A DNA stretch of 64,000 nucleotides from Lama guanicoe. Its lineage: Eukaryota. The first letter of the stretch is position 1. Each line of letters opens with the position of its first letter. The notes beneath the pieces were generated by a model. The model worked only from the letters and a program-made list of their open reading frames with translations, was not told the DNA's origin and searched no databases. Below are positions 38,480 through 51,417 of this stretch, in pieces. The translations under genes and the position numbers were made by a program. The stretch is taken from NCBI GenBank assembly GCA_013239625.1, contig MU053792.1:1258112-1322111 (forward strand), read 5' to 3'.

Positions 38480-39083
38480 CAGCCTCACTGGTCTGAGAAT
38501 AGAGGATGGAAATAAATGAAAGGGGCTTCTCTGTTAACCCCGAGTGACCCACCTCTGAAATCTTTGTCTCATTCCCGCAACAGCAGGCTCTGCTGGTTGA
38601 GAGTTCTCAATTCTCGTGAGAGAAATACTTTCACTAGGGGGCACTGCAGTGGTTCAGTTAAACTGGCAGTTGAACCTGGCCACTTGGGGCTCCTCATACC
38701 AGTGAATCAACAGTCACTGAAGTGGTTACTCTACTGGCTGGCATAATGGAATGATCTTGATTGTCAAGGAATTGCCACTACACAATGGAAGTACAGAGTA
38801 TATTTCTGGGATGCAGAAGATACACTGGGGCATCTCTTAGTCCTCCCAGGTCCTGTGAATAAAATCAATAGAAAACAATATAATATGAGGGCTGCTAATG
38901 GCTCACACCCTTCAGGAGTGAAGATTTGAGTCACCCCACCATGCAAAGAGCCATGAGCAGCCTACTTGCTTACTGAGGGCAGAGGAGTAAGTAGTAGAAG
39001 GTAGTTATAAATACAACCATGTGACCAGGAGCAGAAATAAGGACTGTAAGTTATTTGCATTTCCTTCTGATTTTTGATATACT

Positions 39084-39137
<54 letters not shown>

Positions 39138-39138
39138 C

Positions 39139-39172
<34 letters not shown>

Positions 39173-39930
39173 GAATATTTTTTTCTTCCTCATCTCATTC
39201 TTCTACCATCTAACATGTGTTAATAGCAGTTAATCTTATATGTTTGGATTAAATCTACAGGATGTCAAAGGCAGAATGTGATTTCAGCTAGAAGAGAGAC
39301 AAGTAACTTCCAAAGTTGAAGGAACTTTGTAAACTCTTTGGAGAGACAGGTTGGTTTTCATTGTATGAGGGATAGTTGCATCATGTTGGAGGCAAGCATG
39401 GTTTTTCTATTCTTTTTTTGAAGTTAAGTATGGTTACAAGGTGTATACACAGAGGCCAAGTGGATTTTGGTAGCTTCGTACTACGCCAGCTTACTGAAGA
39501 TGAAGCTAAACTTCTCAGAATTTCCCTCCCTGTCTGGTTGTGAGTAGGTGTTGGCCACAAGAGACACTTTATGGGATTTTGGAAGCCAGCAGTGAAGCAG
39601 AAGTCATATCTTTCACCCTCTGAAGCTCAGTGCCGGATGCTAGGCAGGTGGGCCACTCACCTAGACTGTCAACTCATGTGCTAGCTGATTTGGTGGGCGT
39701 GGGGCAGCAATGGGGCCCATAGCTCCTCCAGTCCTCAGAGGATCTCCTCTTGGAGCTCTTCTTAATCCCAGGCCCAGTGCATGTGCAGTCAGCTTCCCCT
39801 GCGTGATGTCCTATGATGTCAGCATTGGAAGTGGTAACAGAAGCATGGGTTCTGCTTCACCCTCACATCTCCATGTTGTGGTGCACAGGCAGCTTTCTCC
39901 TTTGGCTGTCTAGAGTGACTTAGGCTTCGC
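38480..39930 (+). mobile_element. Ancient ERVL internal 3' region with an adjoining LTR-like segment
   Basis: Degraded ERVL-int motifs (cctggccacttggggctcctcataccagtgaatcaacag; ggggcatctcttagtcctccca). LTR-like from about 39468. Confidence 0.65.
39086..39172. repeat. (TG)n / (TG)n(TA)n microsatellite
   Basis: Two TG runs separated by agatatactt. Confidence 0.97.
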
Positions 39931-42510
39931 ACTGACACAGAGGCCGTGGCTACTCCACCAGCTCCCACAGTTGCACAGGATCTGTCTCCTCGTGGTTCTG
40001 CTTTTCTCATTGAATCACACCCTAAAGTCATGTCAGAAGGGACGTGGGAACAGTGTGGGGTTCTTATGCCAAAGGCCATTCAGTTTTCTTGGCAGGAACA
40101 CATACATAGTTTTTGTATCAAAATTCATGAAATTTATTTCAAAGAGTTTCTAAGATGCTCCCTTAAAGACTACTCATTAAAACTATCATTTTTGTTTGTT
40201 TTCTTCCTAAAATATGTATATTAATTCTGGAAAACTTGGCAGATCCAGGTAATTATCCGGATACCAGTGACATTTTGGTGAGCACCCTTCAAGCCTTTCT
40301 TCAATGTATGTATCTATAATGTATATATGCATATAAGCACACTTAATTTTTTATAAACATGGAATCACATTTAAATTCTGTTCTGTAAAAGACTCCCCCA
40401 AAGAGCAAGCACATCAAGAATATTTGTCTCTAGATAATTAAATAGCCCTAATTCAAGAACATACTTTTTAATTACTTCACAGTGTTCTTTTACTTAGGTA
40501 TACCATAACTTATTTAACCCCATTTCTTATTGTTGCTCTCACACAAATTTCAGTTTTTCTTAATTAATTTAAAAAAACAACTCTGAGGAGAACATTTTTT
40601 AATTAATCCTTTCAACCAATTTTGTTGAGTAGCTTCTCTGTTCCTGGCAGGTCATAGTGTCATTTCTGTGCAAATTCTAAATTCTAAACATAGCTGAACT
40701 TCTGCGTGGTTAAGTTTTCCATGTGTGTTGTGAGAAGGAAAGCATAAACAGGGAGGTTGCATCAATTGAAAATCTACCTAGATTGAATTGTATAAAATAC
40801 TAGGATTTTGTAAACCTTTCTAGAAGTCTCTTTGGAATGCAGCATTATCCATCTTTGGGAGTCCCTCTTACATTTGCCTGTGTCTAGAATATGCGTGGAT
40901 TTGCTGATCCATCTTATGAAGTAAAACTTTAAGTCCAACTTCTTTTCTCATCAGAGTGCCCCCCAATTTGCCTCTAGACCCTCTGCGGCCCACTGTACAC
41001 GGAAACAAAGCAGAACTCCAGTCCCTCCTCCAGACCTGCTGGATCCATGTCTGCATTTCACTGATCTCATGCACACAGGTAGAGCTTGAGAAGCGCTGAT
41101 TTAGCCCCTGACACAGCCCACACTGGACCTTGCACAACAGCGGTGAGGAGGCCAGGTCAGCAGTAACAGCTGTGTCAAGGACAGGGTCTGTACCAAGGTC
41201 CTGTGCCCCCTCCTGCCCTTTCACTTCACCTGAGCCCTGCCTGCACAGGAAGGCGGGCACTAAAATAGGTGCGTGCAGGAGACAGGAGGACACAGGGACC
41301 CCTGCAGGCTGCTCAGCAGGGTGAGGAAGGGTGGCACAGGAGAGGAAGGAAGGCAGTTCCTGGACGCCAAAACCACAACGTGTGTAGGTGCTGCTTCCCC
41401 CCCATTTAGCCCATAGCTCTGCCCCCGAGACGACTCTTCGCTGACCTCTTTCCCTTTCTGCATTTTGCCCCATATCAAAATGTCACCATCTAAAACTTTT
41501 CTCCATGAAAATTAGAAATGTTACATTGTCAGGGACTGAATGTGCCTGTTTTCTGACAGTTGTTGGCAGTTCCCAGCTTTTATGGTGTAGTCATGGTGGA
41601 ACCTGAGTCATCTAAAGGTGGTGACAGTGCCAAGGAGCTGACAAGGAGCTGCACACAAGCCAGACTGCAGGAGCTGGGGCCCAGTCACTGCCAGGCACCC
41701 TGGGCCACTGGCCCTCCTGGGGACAGGAGAGCCACGCTGGTCCTAACAGGGTTGATACGAAATGCTCCAAGCCTTGTGGTGCTGATGAATTCTTCCTGTA
41801 GCAGATGTGCTTAGAGACAGCCCAGAGTATGGAGTGTCTTCCCACATAGTTGTTTCTCAGAGATCCAAGGGGCAACACCTGACTTCCACGTGTGTCAGAA
41901 TTCTTTTCTCCCTTTTCTTTTTAAAGCTGAGAAACCACATGTTCTTGGATATAGACCTTACTTTTTGTTTCAAGGAAAAAAGGTTTCTTTTGTGCCTATT
42001 CATATACATTAAACAACTACCTGTGTGTGTGAGCGAGCGTGCATGCACGCACACCTTTTCTCTAAAATTCTTACTCATAGTCTGGAGGACAATGACTGAT
42101 TTTTTCCCACCTCACATAACTGCTATGAATTTCTCCACGCAAGGATGGGCCTGTTTGTACACACTGGGCACCGTTGGTGGAACGTTTATGCAAACAGCCC
42201 CAGAAGCTTGGTGGGCCAGGGCACCCTATGTTCTCAGGGAGCAGGGATGCCGGGGCCAGAGCCAGATTGGTCTGACCACACTCGGCCTGCCCCGGGTTTG
42301 AGATGTTTGCCAGGGCAGCAAGGAGCACCAGTGATGGGCTGGGAGGGATGAAGCTACCAAATTCCAGCTCAGTTTAGATCCTTCCCTCTACTGGGCTCCG
42401 GGGCGTGCCCAGTGCTAAACTCCAGAGTTGGTTGGGAGAAATCTCAGAGGAGGTTGGAGCCACATCCGCTAGTGCCTGTGAATTTCCTTGGGAGGGCACA
42501 GGCTGCCGAG

Positions 42511-42585
42511 ATGCCGGTCCGCCGGATGGTGACCCCTGCCCCACCTCTTACGCTTATGGAGCTCAGAGCTGGCCGCCATCCCCGG
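42511..42585 (+). pseudogene. CD109: CD109 pseudo-exon 1 (coding part)
   Basis: gccgagATG...CCCGG|GTAGGA. Removing one C in gccccac gives MPVRRMVTPAHLLRLWSSELAAIPG, against human MQGPPLLTAAHLLCVCTAALAVAPG. Upstream 42413-42510 resembles the CD109 5'UTR. Confidence 0.8.
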
Positions 42586-43369
42586 GTAGGAGCGTGTGGG
42601 GTTGGGGGGCACGGGAGGTGATCCCTGGCCAGGAGGTTTGATCGTCTGTCGCTTGATCTTGGTGTTCTGTGGGACAGTTGCTTTCTCCACCCAGGAGGTT
42701 GCTGAAAGGTCTGCCCATAACTGCTTTCTAAAGACGGTTGTTATACTTTTAGTCCATGTTGCCTCTGCATTTTTCTCAACTTTTTCCTCCCAAATAATGT
42801 GTCTTTTTCTTTCGAAGACTCCCCCCCCACAAACGAGATATTCTGACTTTGGCATTGGCAAGGTGTGGCCGAGGTGACTGAAGCATGGGTTCAGGTACAG
42901 ACTTTGTAGGGAGGTAACTCGTGAGACACCCAAGTGATAGAAAGCCCCTGTCGACCCCCCAACCCCCCACCTCGCAAAGGTTTTTGCCCTTGAGCCCTAA
43001 CCCCTAGCTCTGGCAGAGAAAGTGCTGTTTTAGCAATTTTTATGCTCTGCACCTGGTAAAGTCACCAAGAATAGTTGAATTTCAGATGGTATACTTTAAT
43101 CAGTGGTGTTGGTTAAATGGTGTTTTCTTGAGTAGATGCCAAAGCATGAAGATTTGAATAAGAAACAGGCAAAATGTGTGTGTGTGTTTAAGCCAAGAAA
43201 AAAAAAGCCACGCTGGGATGAGATCTTCTGTAAAGGAGTTTAGAGGCTTATACTTTGGCAGTAACTTCTGCGTGTCTCAGGGTAAGCTGTCCTGTGCTGT
43301 TTGTAGTTTATAAAATGGAAATTGTAACACAGGCCATCCTCTAGTGGTGCATGAATTAACTGCATTAAA

Positions 43370-43635
43370 ATTGATTTATGAGAAGGTACAGCATGATAAA
43401 TACAATGAACACTGCTGCATGTCATATATAAAAGTTAAGAGTAAATCCTTAAAGTTTTGATCATAAGGGAAAACTGCATTTTTTCTATTTCTTTAATTTT
43501 GTATCTAAATGAGATTATGGACATTCATTAAACTTATGATAATCATGATGTTATGTAAGTCAGATCCTTCTCTGTACACTTTAAACTTAACATGGTGCTG
43601 TATGTCAATTTTATCAATAGAGCTGGATAAAAATT
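43370..43635 (+). mobile_element. Old L1M 3'-end fragment in pseudo-intron 1
   Basis: aaagttaagagtaaatcct...ctgtacactttaaactt...tgctgtatgtcaatt. Confidence 0.75.
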
Positions 43636-43819
43636 GATTATGGGTGTTACTGTTACAATAGCATGTCAGTGCTGTTGCTAAATGGAGCAGTGGGGCAACA
43701 GTAATTGAAACAGTTGTAGTTAACACAATACAGGGAGACTGTCTCACTGTCTATGAAAGTTGAGGATCTTGAAAGAACGGAGATGTGCGGCTAAGAAACT
43801 TTGTTTTCCCCTCCTTTAG

Positions 43820-44016
43820 GCCCAAGTTTCTGGTGACAGCCCCAGGGATCATCAGGCCTGGAAGAAATGTGACTTAGTGGGGTGGAGCTTCTGGAACACA
43901 GCCCCTCACAGGTCACTGTGAAGGTGGAGCTGGTCAAGATGTCAGCCAACCTCACTGTCTCTGTGCTGGAAGCAGGAGTCGAAAAAAAAAAAAAAAAGGA
44001 GTCGTCTTTGAAAAGG
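43820..44016 (+). pseudogene. CD109: CD109 pseudo-exon 2
   Basis: tttag|G acceptor. Reads PKFLVTAPGIIRPGRNVT* (TAG at 43875), then after a +1 shift GVELLEHSPSQVTVKVELVKMSANLTVSVLEAG, a 23-nt insertion, and VFEK. Donor G|GTAAGA. Confidence 0.97.
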
Positions 44017-45524
44017 GTAAGATAAACAGCAGTCTTGCCCTTCTGCAGTAGTAACTGGAGTATGTTGATAAAGCTGTGTACTAGGTGAGTTAATGGAGAA
44101 GCCCTACATTTTCAGTAGCTTACATGATACACTTTTTTTTTCATATGAGAAAGGCTTTATTTATCTACCTCACAATTCTTAAAAGAGAAAGTTGGTAAAC
44201 AGTAACATCTTGATTAATTGAGTTCTTCATTTTTTCTAGTTTATTTTTCTTTTCCTGCATTTTTAAGAGATGGAACCTTAGAACCAAAAAACTTACTTCT
44301 TTAACTTAAAAGAAATTCACACTGTAAACATCAACCACTTAAGTTACTTTGAAAGAACTTTGGACAAGCAAACAGAGCCCACTTACTTCCCACTTCATAA
44401 TACACTTCTAATCCTTATGCATGTGAGTCCAAAATGGTGTTCCTGAGATGCTCTTCCAGGTGGAGATTCTGAGACCCAGGTTCTTTCCATTTTGTGGCTC
44501 CATCATCATTAATATGTGGTTTCCAAGTCTGCAGTGGAAGAACATGGAATTTCCCCCCTGGGAGTTTTTAATAGGGCAGGCCTGGATGTGGTCATATCTC
44601 TCCTTTTCTGATGGCCACATTTAGCTGCACAGGAGGCTGGGAACGTGGACCAGTGTGTGCCCAGAAGAAGAGGCGGGTGTCTTAACAGTCTGACACAAAA
44701 CCATATTTATGTATGGTTTACACAAACCATGTATTACCATATTTCTTTATTGAGTGCAGAGGATTTTACTAGGTAGTCCTGTGGGAAGGAAAAGATGAGC
44801 TGTAGTTAAAAATCTAGTTTTATGAAATTCTTTGTAGTTTTTTAAGTAGCAGGAAAAAAGATAACATAAAAGTGGGAACCATTTGTAAAAGAACCCACAT
44901 CTCCTGTTTTGTTTTTTTCTAACCAGGCCCAGGATTAAATTGGGTTAAGGAATGTCTTGTTTTTCAATACTAAGGGAAAAATAATTTGAGGAGGGGACAA
45001 TAAACAGTTAAAATATGAAAACATTTTCTTTTGATTAAAATGAACTTTTTTTTTAATTGAAAGAATAGTCTATACTCAGTGCTCACAACCTGATAAACAC
45101 TGGGAAGTAAAGGAAATAAACCAAAATCACCTGCAATCCTACCACCCAACTATAAATAGTGTTCACCAGATGCACATTTAGATGTTTAGTCAGAGGCCAA
45201 AAATTGAGGCATGAATTCCTATTATGTTAAGAATTATCTTTTAAAAACATCATTTAAGGTCTTGAAATGAAGGGTGGATGGGATTCCACAGTACTTCATT
45301 ATTATGAATGTATGTTTATCCTTTACCAGCACAGAGAAATTAACCCCATCATGAAATGAGATAAAATCAAAGTTTATCTACATCCAAGGTTCTTTCTGCA
45401 CTGCGAAGCTGAATGGGTTAGCTTGGGATAGGAGTCAGGAAAAGGTGATAAGTGCAGGTGGCCAGACCACTTTGTCTTTCATAGGTATGATGTCAGGAAA
45501 GTGGGAGGCCTTGTTTCCCTGGAG

Positions 45525-45720
45525 AGGAAATGTAGTTAGTGCTTAAGATCTGAGACTGAGTCTTAGTATTAGCTGTGTGATCTTGGGCAGGTTACTTTAC
45601 TTCTCTGAGCCTCAATTTCCTCATCTATAAAATGGGGATGAAGTACTTCCCAGGGTTGTTATAAAGTTATAATCAGTACTAGTACCTATTGGGCACGCAG
45701 TAAACAAATAGCTGTTAATA
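45525..45720 (+). mobile_element. MIR SINE
   Basis: tagctgtgtgatcttgggcaggttactttacttctctgagcctcaatttcctcatctataaaatgggga. Confidence 0.9.
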
Positions 45721-48683
45721 AGTAGTAATAACGTTGAAGAAGATGCCAGAAGGGTAGTTTCCATCTTATGTGGGGGTGGATCTGTACTTTTATTATTGAA
45801 CTGTTTATTCTGAAAATGAATAAATTTTGCTTTTAATGATAATGGCTAATAAAATGTTGAAATACTAAGTCATAGCAGACAACACTTAAGGTAGTTCCAC
45901 ATTCATTGTTCATTAAGAATTATCACTTTGGCTCTAGTAGTGTGGCAGTTTTCCTCCAGGGCAGAGGTCCAGAATAATGATGATTTTGATAGATATTTGG
46001 GCTTTGCTTGGGCATTTGCATACTCTTATTCTAGAATTTCTCCTACATTGTCTCTTCTGCAGTCTCCTTTATCAGTCTCCTTTTTTTCTATAAACAAATA
46101 GTATAAACACTGGGGTGCATGTTGCTGTGACTTGGTTTTTAAACTTTATTCTTAGATTCTCCCTTTGGGAGGAAAATTGGTCATATGCTTTTGGGAAGGC
46201 TAAAGTGCTCAAGATTGGGTCGGACAACCCTATTCTGGGAGCAAAATGGATCTTTGAAAAAAAGAAAGAAAATGCTACTTTCAGGGGCTGTTTTGGACTC
46301 AGTTGATGTACAGTTTTATTGAAAATACTATTGCCTGGAGCATTCTCCCTCTTTCAAAGGAGAATGTTAACTTTGTTATCGGGGCTGTGAGTCATTGTTA
46401 TCAGAGCAGATGCTTCCTGTAAGGGGTAAGGCTGAAGGATCAAGACATTTCTCCCTCCTTGTCTTCACATCGTTTGCTTTATCTGATTTCTCCAGTTGTA
46501 ACAACATGTAGATAAAGGAGGACTTTCTTAATCAATGGGGTCTGGATCTTCCTAGGATACATTTTTTTCCCTGCCACATAAACACAAATAAATATATGTT
46601 AGGTCTCATTATTTCATCATTATCTTACGAGGGCCTCCAAGAACTTCCTGCCAAGAAAAGATTGGTTTTAACACAGATTCATCTTCTAGCAGAACTGGGT
46701 AAGGAGTGGGACTGTTTCTGAGGGCTATTTCTAGCAGTTCTAGTCTTAGAAATTTGTGGGGCAGGGCAGTGTTTCACCATAACCATATTGCATTTCTAGC
46801 TTAATTTGTGTCAGAAATAGTAACAGCTAAAGGATTTGACTAAAGGATTTGCAGGACGACACCAAGTTGAAAAAAGTCAAGTGCTTGAAGTCGACCTTTT
46901 AATAAGGATGCATGGGGCAAGGAAGGGGGCCTTAAGTTGGATCTCTCTGCACATCCTTCGAGTCGCTCCCTGAATCCAGCAAGAATTAGGCATGAGTGAG
47001 GCCTCTCTGCCCCTATGTTCCAGTACTGAGGTGTGGCTTCTGTTTCTGGCTCTGTCTCTCCTGGGTCTGTGATGGACACAGTCATGTGTCAGAGCAGTAG
47101 AACTCAGGCATGCAGTTCAGTCCCCTTCAATTTCTCTCAAGTGAGAAAACCCCTCAAAGCTTTGACTCTATGAAGAGCTACATTAAAAAGTATTTCTATG
47201 AATGGGATTTCCTGCACTTCAGATCTGAGTAGCTGTTTTAAATTGCTGAAATGCTTGCCCTTCGATTTGTCATCAGTCTACTAGATTTATTTGGATTGGA
47301 GACTCAAAGCTGTTTTTTCACTTTCTTCCTTGCTTGGTGTCACTTAGATAAAACTAAATCCATCCCCTGCACAGACACACACATACTTGGTCTTTAGTCT
47401 TTGTGAGTGTTGGGAGGTAAGGTGGTGTGTCAGGCCATGATAAAAGGAAGCACAGTGTTCCTCTGGTTGCTGGGCTGACACAGTAGTCAACCCTGATGAC
47501 TGACTTATCCTGAAGTCATGAAAATCAGGGACTCTCAATAATCAAGGGTCCTGGTTGGCTGGGGCCGAGCCCCCTGCAGTTCATTCCACGGTGGGACGTT
47601 GTGGTGGTGCTGTGCTGTGCTGTCCAGGTACTGCCCATCAGGGATGAAGACTTGTTCCTTGAAGCTGCTGGGAGTACTGCCCTTCGAGCCAGCCCCTTTG
47701 GGGACTGCACCAGCTAGAGCCACCCTGTCCCGGGGGCACCCCTCCCCCCAACTCAGGAGAACTCTCAGGAGTCAGTGCTGCCTCTGAGTGCCCCATGGAC
47801 CTGTCCTGAGCCTGCATTGTGGCCCCTCCTCCCTCTCCCTAGTCCTGCCTCCTAGTCCCTTCTCTTCTCCAGATGCTGGTCCTGGGCACAGTCCCTGCAA
47901 AACCTCTTGCACTTTTTTTTTAGGACATCTGATACTATATTTTTTCATACTAATGAATCAAAGGGGAAATTATTTGATGAGAGGTTTCCAAAAAACATAA
48001 TATCCTGACTTTTTAGAAATTCAGTAAAATTGATAGCATACACATACATAAAACCAGTAACTTGTATCCTGCTTATTGGTGTAACAAGCATTCTGATTAA
48101 AGTCTCACACAGTATAAACATGCTAAATAAAATAGCTAAAAAGTAAAAGGCATTAATATTCTAAATGAGAAAGCACATTTCCTATTACCTATGGATACTG
48201 TTATTTGCATTCCTCAAAAAAAACCAAAATCAACTGAAAAGCAATTGGAAATAATAAACAAATTCAATAAAGTGGTCATCTATAAAAATGCAGAAAATCT
48301 GTATAAAACCTCTTGTAGTTTAATCAACTATCTCAGAGTGGGCTTCCCGGGGAACCCAGCCCTAGATAGACAGTGGTTGTGATGCAACTTTCCTTTGATC
48401 TTGATCTTGAAATTAACTTCGTACTGTGTAGTGTGAAGAACTGATAGAAGAGATGGGAAATTTTCTAGTTTTTATTTCCTTTTTGGAAGTTCTTGTGTAC
48501 CACAAACTATTTTAAAATTAGTTCCACTGCTGCAGTGCTTGTATGTAACTAAGGGATGGGAGAAATATTAAGGAAGAAAAATCCATAGGTTGTGGTGATG
48601 ACTAACAGAGCTGAGGAGAGAAAGGAGAGGACTGAGGACTGAGATTCTGAACCTCTGTGACTGAGGGAATAGGACTGTTGAGA

Positions 48684-49188
48684 TGTTACCAAGTCCAAAC
48701 TCGTTCTGCTCAGCGCACAACAGGCCAGTAAATCAGGAGGCAAGTTGTTGGGGCAAGGAATAGTGACTTTATTTGGAAAGCTGGTAGACCTAGAGGATGG
48801 CAGACTAATGTCCACTTCCCCACGTCAGACTTCAGGCTGCTTTTACACTAAACAGGGAAGGTGGTGTGGTTGGTTGGTACAAACTTCTTGGTTTAGGAAT
48901 CTTTTCTTGCAGCTCTCCACATGGGTCAGGTCAAGGTGTCCCTGTAAACCTCCAACAAAACAAAACTTAGTTTCTATTCTGCAACTTGTTATCTTTATAT
49001 AGTACAAAAGTATCAATATCCTTGAAAGTCAGAGCCTTGAGAATAGGCTCTCCTGTGTATTTCAGGCTAAAGGCAACATTCCTTTATGGAAGGTGCAGAA
49101 CCAGCAAGACTTAAGCCTAGAAAGCAGGGCACAGTGTTAAAGCCAAAAGAGAGATCTCATGGAGTCAGGTTTGTTCTTCTCTATTACG
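48684..49188 (-). mobile_element. Solo ERV1-class LTR, same family as 1682-2227
   Basis: Colinear with the first copy (caggccagtaaatcaggag, ggggcaaggaatagtgactttattt, cagagccttgagaataggctctcctgt). Imperfect TSD gaga/aaga. Confidence 0.9.
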
Positions 49189-50414
49189 AAGATACACAAA
49201 GTGGCTACCCAGGCTCCCAATGCCAGTCCCCCCCCCCATATTGACTGTTTAAGTGTTTCAACCCAAATATTTTGCAAGATCTTCCTGCAGAGTACCTTGC
49301 CTTTTTTTAACAAATATCTTTACAAGACATAACTTGTCAGTAGTCTCTCTTTATGGTTCTTTTGGGGTTTCACCCAGTTTAGTTGCTGCAACATCTCTAG
49401 GGCTTCTCAATTTCACTTTAGTTCACCATAGAATACACCTCTCCCATTAAAAACAAGAATTTAATGCACAGAAGTTTCTTCCCACAAAAGGAGATATTCC
49501 TGAAGCGTGATTACACGCTTTCAGAGTTAAATCTTGTGCAAATTATACCCACTTCATATTAATACTTTGCTAAATCAAAAAAGATCCATGACAAATGCTA
49601 GACACAATGCTGGGGTAACATTGTGACCCGTACCCTCCTGGTGAGGCTCACCTGTCTAAAGGGCTTTTTGTGGTCTGGTCCAGCCTCGTCTCCACTGCCC
49701 CTCCCTCCTCTGGTCTTGTCTCATCCAGCTCTTTGCTTCAGTAGACTCATGCTGACCCCCTCCCTCTTTGCACTTGCTGTATCTGCTCAGCTGTCCCTCC
49801 CTCAGCATTCCAAGACACTCTGTTCAGTGGCCTATGATTTCAGAGTCCTGCTCTTTGCTTCCTGTGGTGACAGTTATTAGAAAAACTGATTTGCACTGAG
49901 TGGTTAGTGATTTTGATGCATTGCTTATCTCCTCCTAAAAACATATTTGTGTTTCACTGAGGTCCATTGGGGCAGTGGTCACAGAGGGGGTGCCCACATC
50001 TGAGAGTGCACAAGACCATTTATAAGAGTGTAGGTGGAAAAAGTACTTTTATTTCTATTATTTTATTGACAAAATTAAAAAAAAATTTAATACTTTGAGA
50101 AAGTGCATGTATATTTTTATAAAATATATCTTACACTTATATAAACTTTATATATTGTATAATACAGAAATATATAACATTTAAATAAATACATTAATAT
50201 ATATGTAAATTATGTATTTATAATATCACATACATAAAACTATATATTTATGTATTTTATACTTATATATGTTTTATAAATCTAACTTGACAAGGGTAAT
50301 GGGTACTAAGTATTTTATTGATAGAGCACTCTGTCATCGGACACTGCTGTAGAGGCACACTGACATGCCAGTAGGTGACTCTGCAAACTTTCTGGCACCG
50401 TGATGACTTAGATT

Positions 50415-50640
50415 TATCAAGTATTTCTTACGTGCCAGGCACTGTTCTGTACCCTTTACAGGCATTGGCGTACTTATTCCTTACAACCACCTGGTGAGAT
50501 GGTTGCAATTATTAGCACCCTCATTTTATGGATGACAGAAGAACCTGGAGGGTCAGGTAACGTTGTCAAGGACAGGACTCGTATGTGGCTGGCTCAGGAG
50601 ACCACTGATGTGGTCTGATTGCAGAGGCTACTTAGTTAAC
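50415..50640 (-). mobile_element. MIR SINE
   Basis: ttacgtgccaggcactgttct...cctcattttatggatga... Confidence 0.75.
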
Positions 50641-51392
50641 CCTGCTCCATGCTGTTCCTGTCTGTTCCCTCGGGGTAGACATATGTGGCCTCCAGGAGAG
50701 AGGGAACACGTGTGTCTTGTTCACTGTGATGAAATAAATGTTTTTCAAATGAATGAAGGAATTGAGGGCCTGTCACCATCTCTGAATTCATATCACTTAA
50801 ATAAGAACTTTGGATGAGTACTCTTTTATTTTGAACTTGAAACAGTTTTCTCCTTGTAATAGATTTGATGAGGAATTGACATGTGTTAAATTAGCAGTCT
50901 TTGTTTAGGAACTTACATGAAAAAAAGTCTGCATCATTCTAGTACTAATGGGTCAAGTACGAGTCCCAGCTCTCCCCGACGTGACTAGTGCCTCCCTCTC
51001 TTCCCTGTGTCCTGAGTGTGTGACAGCACAGGAAATGGACCTCAGCTTGCTTTTGTGCTCTGTAGGAAGTGTCCCTCAGACAATGGACAAGCTTAAACAG
51101 CAGCAGGAGCTGCAGCAGCACTGACAGCAAAAGTAAAAATGGAAAGCAGAAGCAGACTTAGCTGATTTTGGGGTGTTTCACCCACTGATAGCCTTTCAAG
51201 CCTTAGTTCTTGGCACTAGAAGCTGTAACAACTCTCAGGTATTTTGGGCTTTAGGAAAGTTGTTTTGGTTTGACCTAATAAGCTTGTGGTTTCGTAAGTT
51301 TATGACTCCCTTTGCATTTGAAAGAGGATTGAGTCTTAGGAGTGTTGTATTATATCATCATATTCAAATTATGACTATTTTCTTTCTTTTGG

Positions 51393-51417
51393 GCTCTTTC
51401 AAGACACTCTTCCTTCA
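51393..51417 (+). pseudogene. CD109: CD109 pseudo-exon 3
   Basis: gctctttcaagacactcttccttca|gt (GSFKTL..PS), 25 nt against a recalled 29 nt. The acceptor reads GG instead of AG after a polypyrimidine tract. Confidence 0.85.

Noticed and set aside
40868..41473. 201-aa minus-strand ORF (and the 185-aa ORF at 61141-61698)
   Set aside because: No recognisable homology or supporting exon structure. Probably chance ORFs, though not tested by search.
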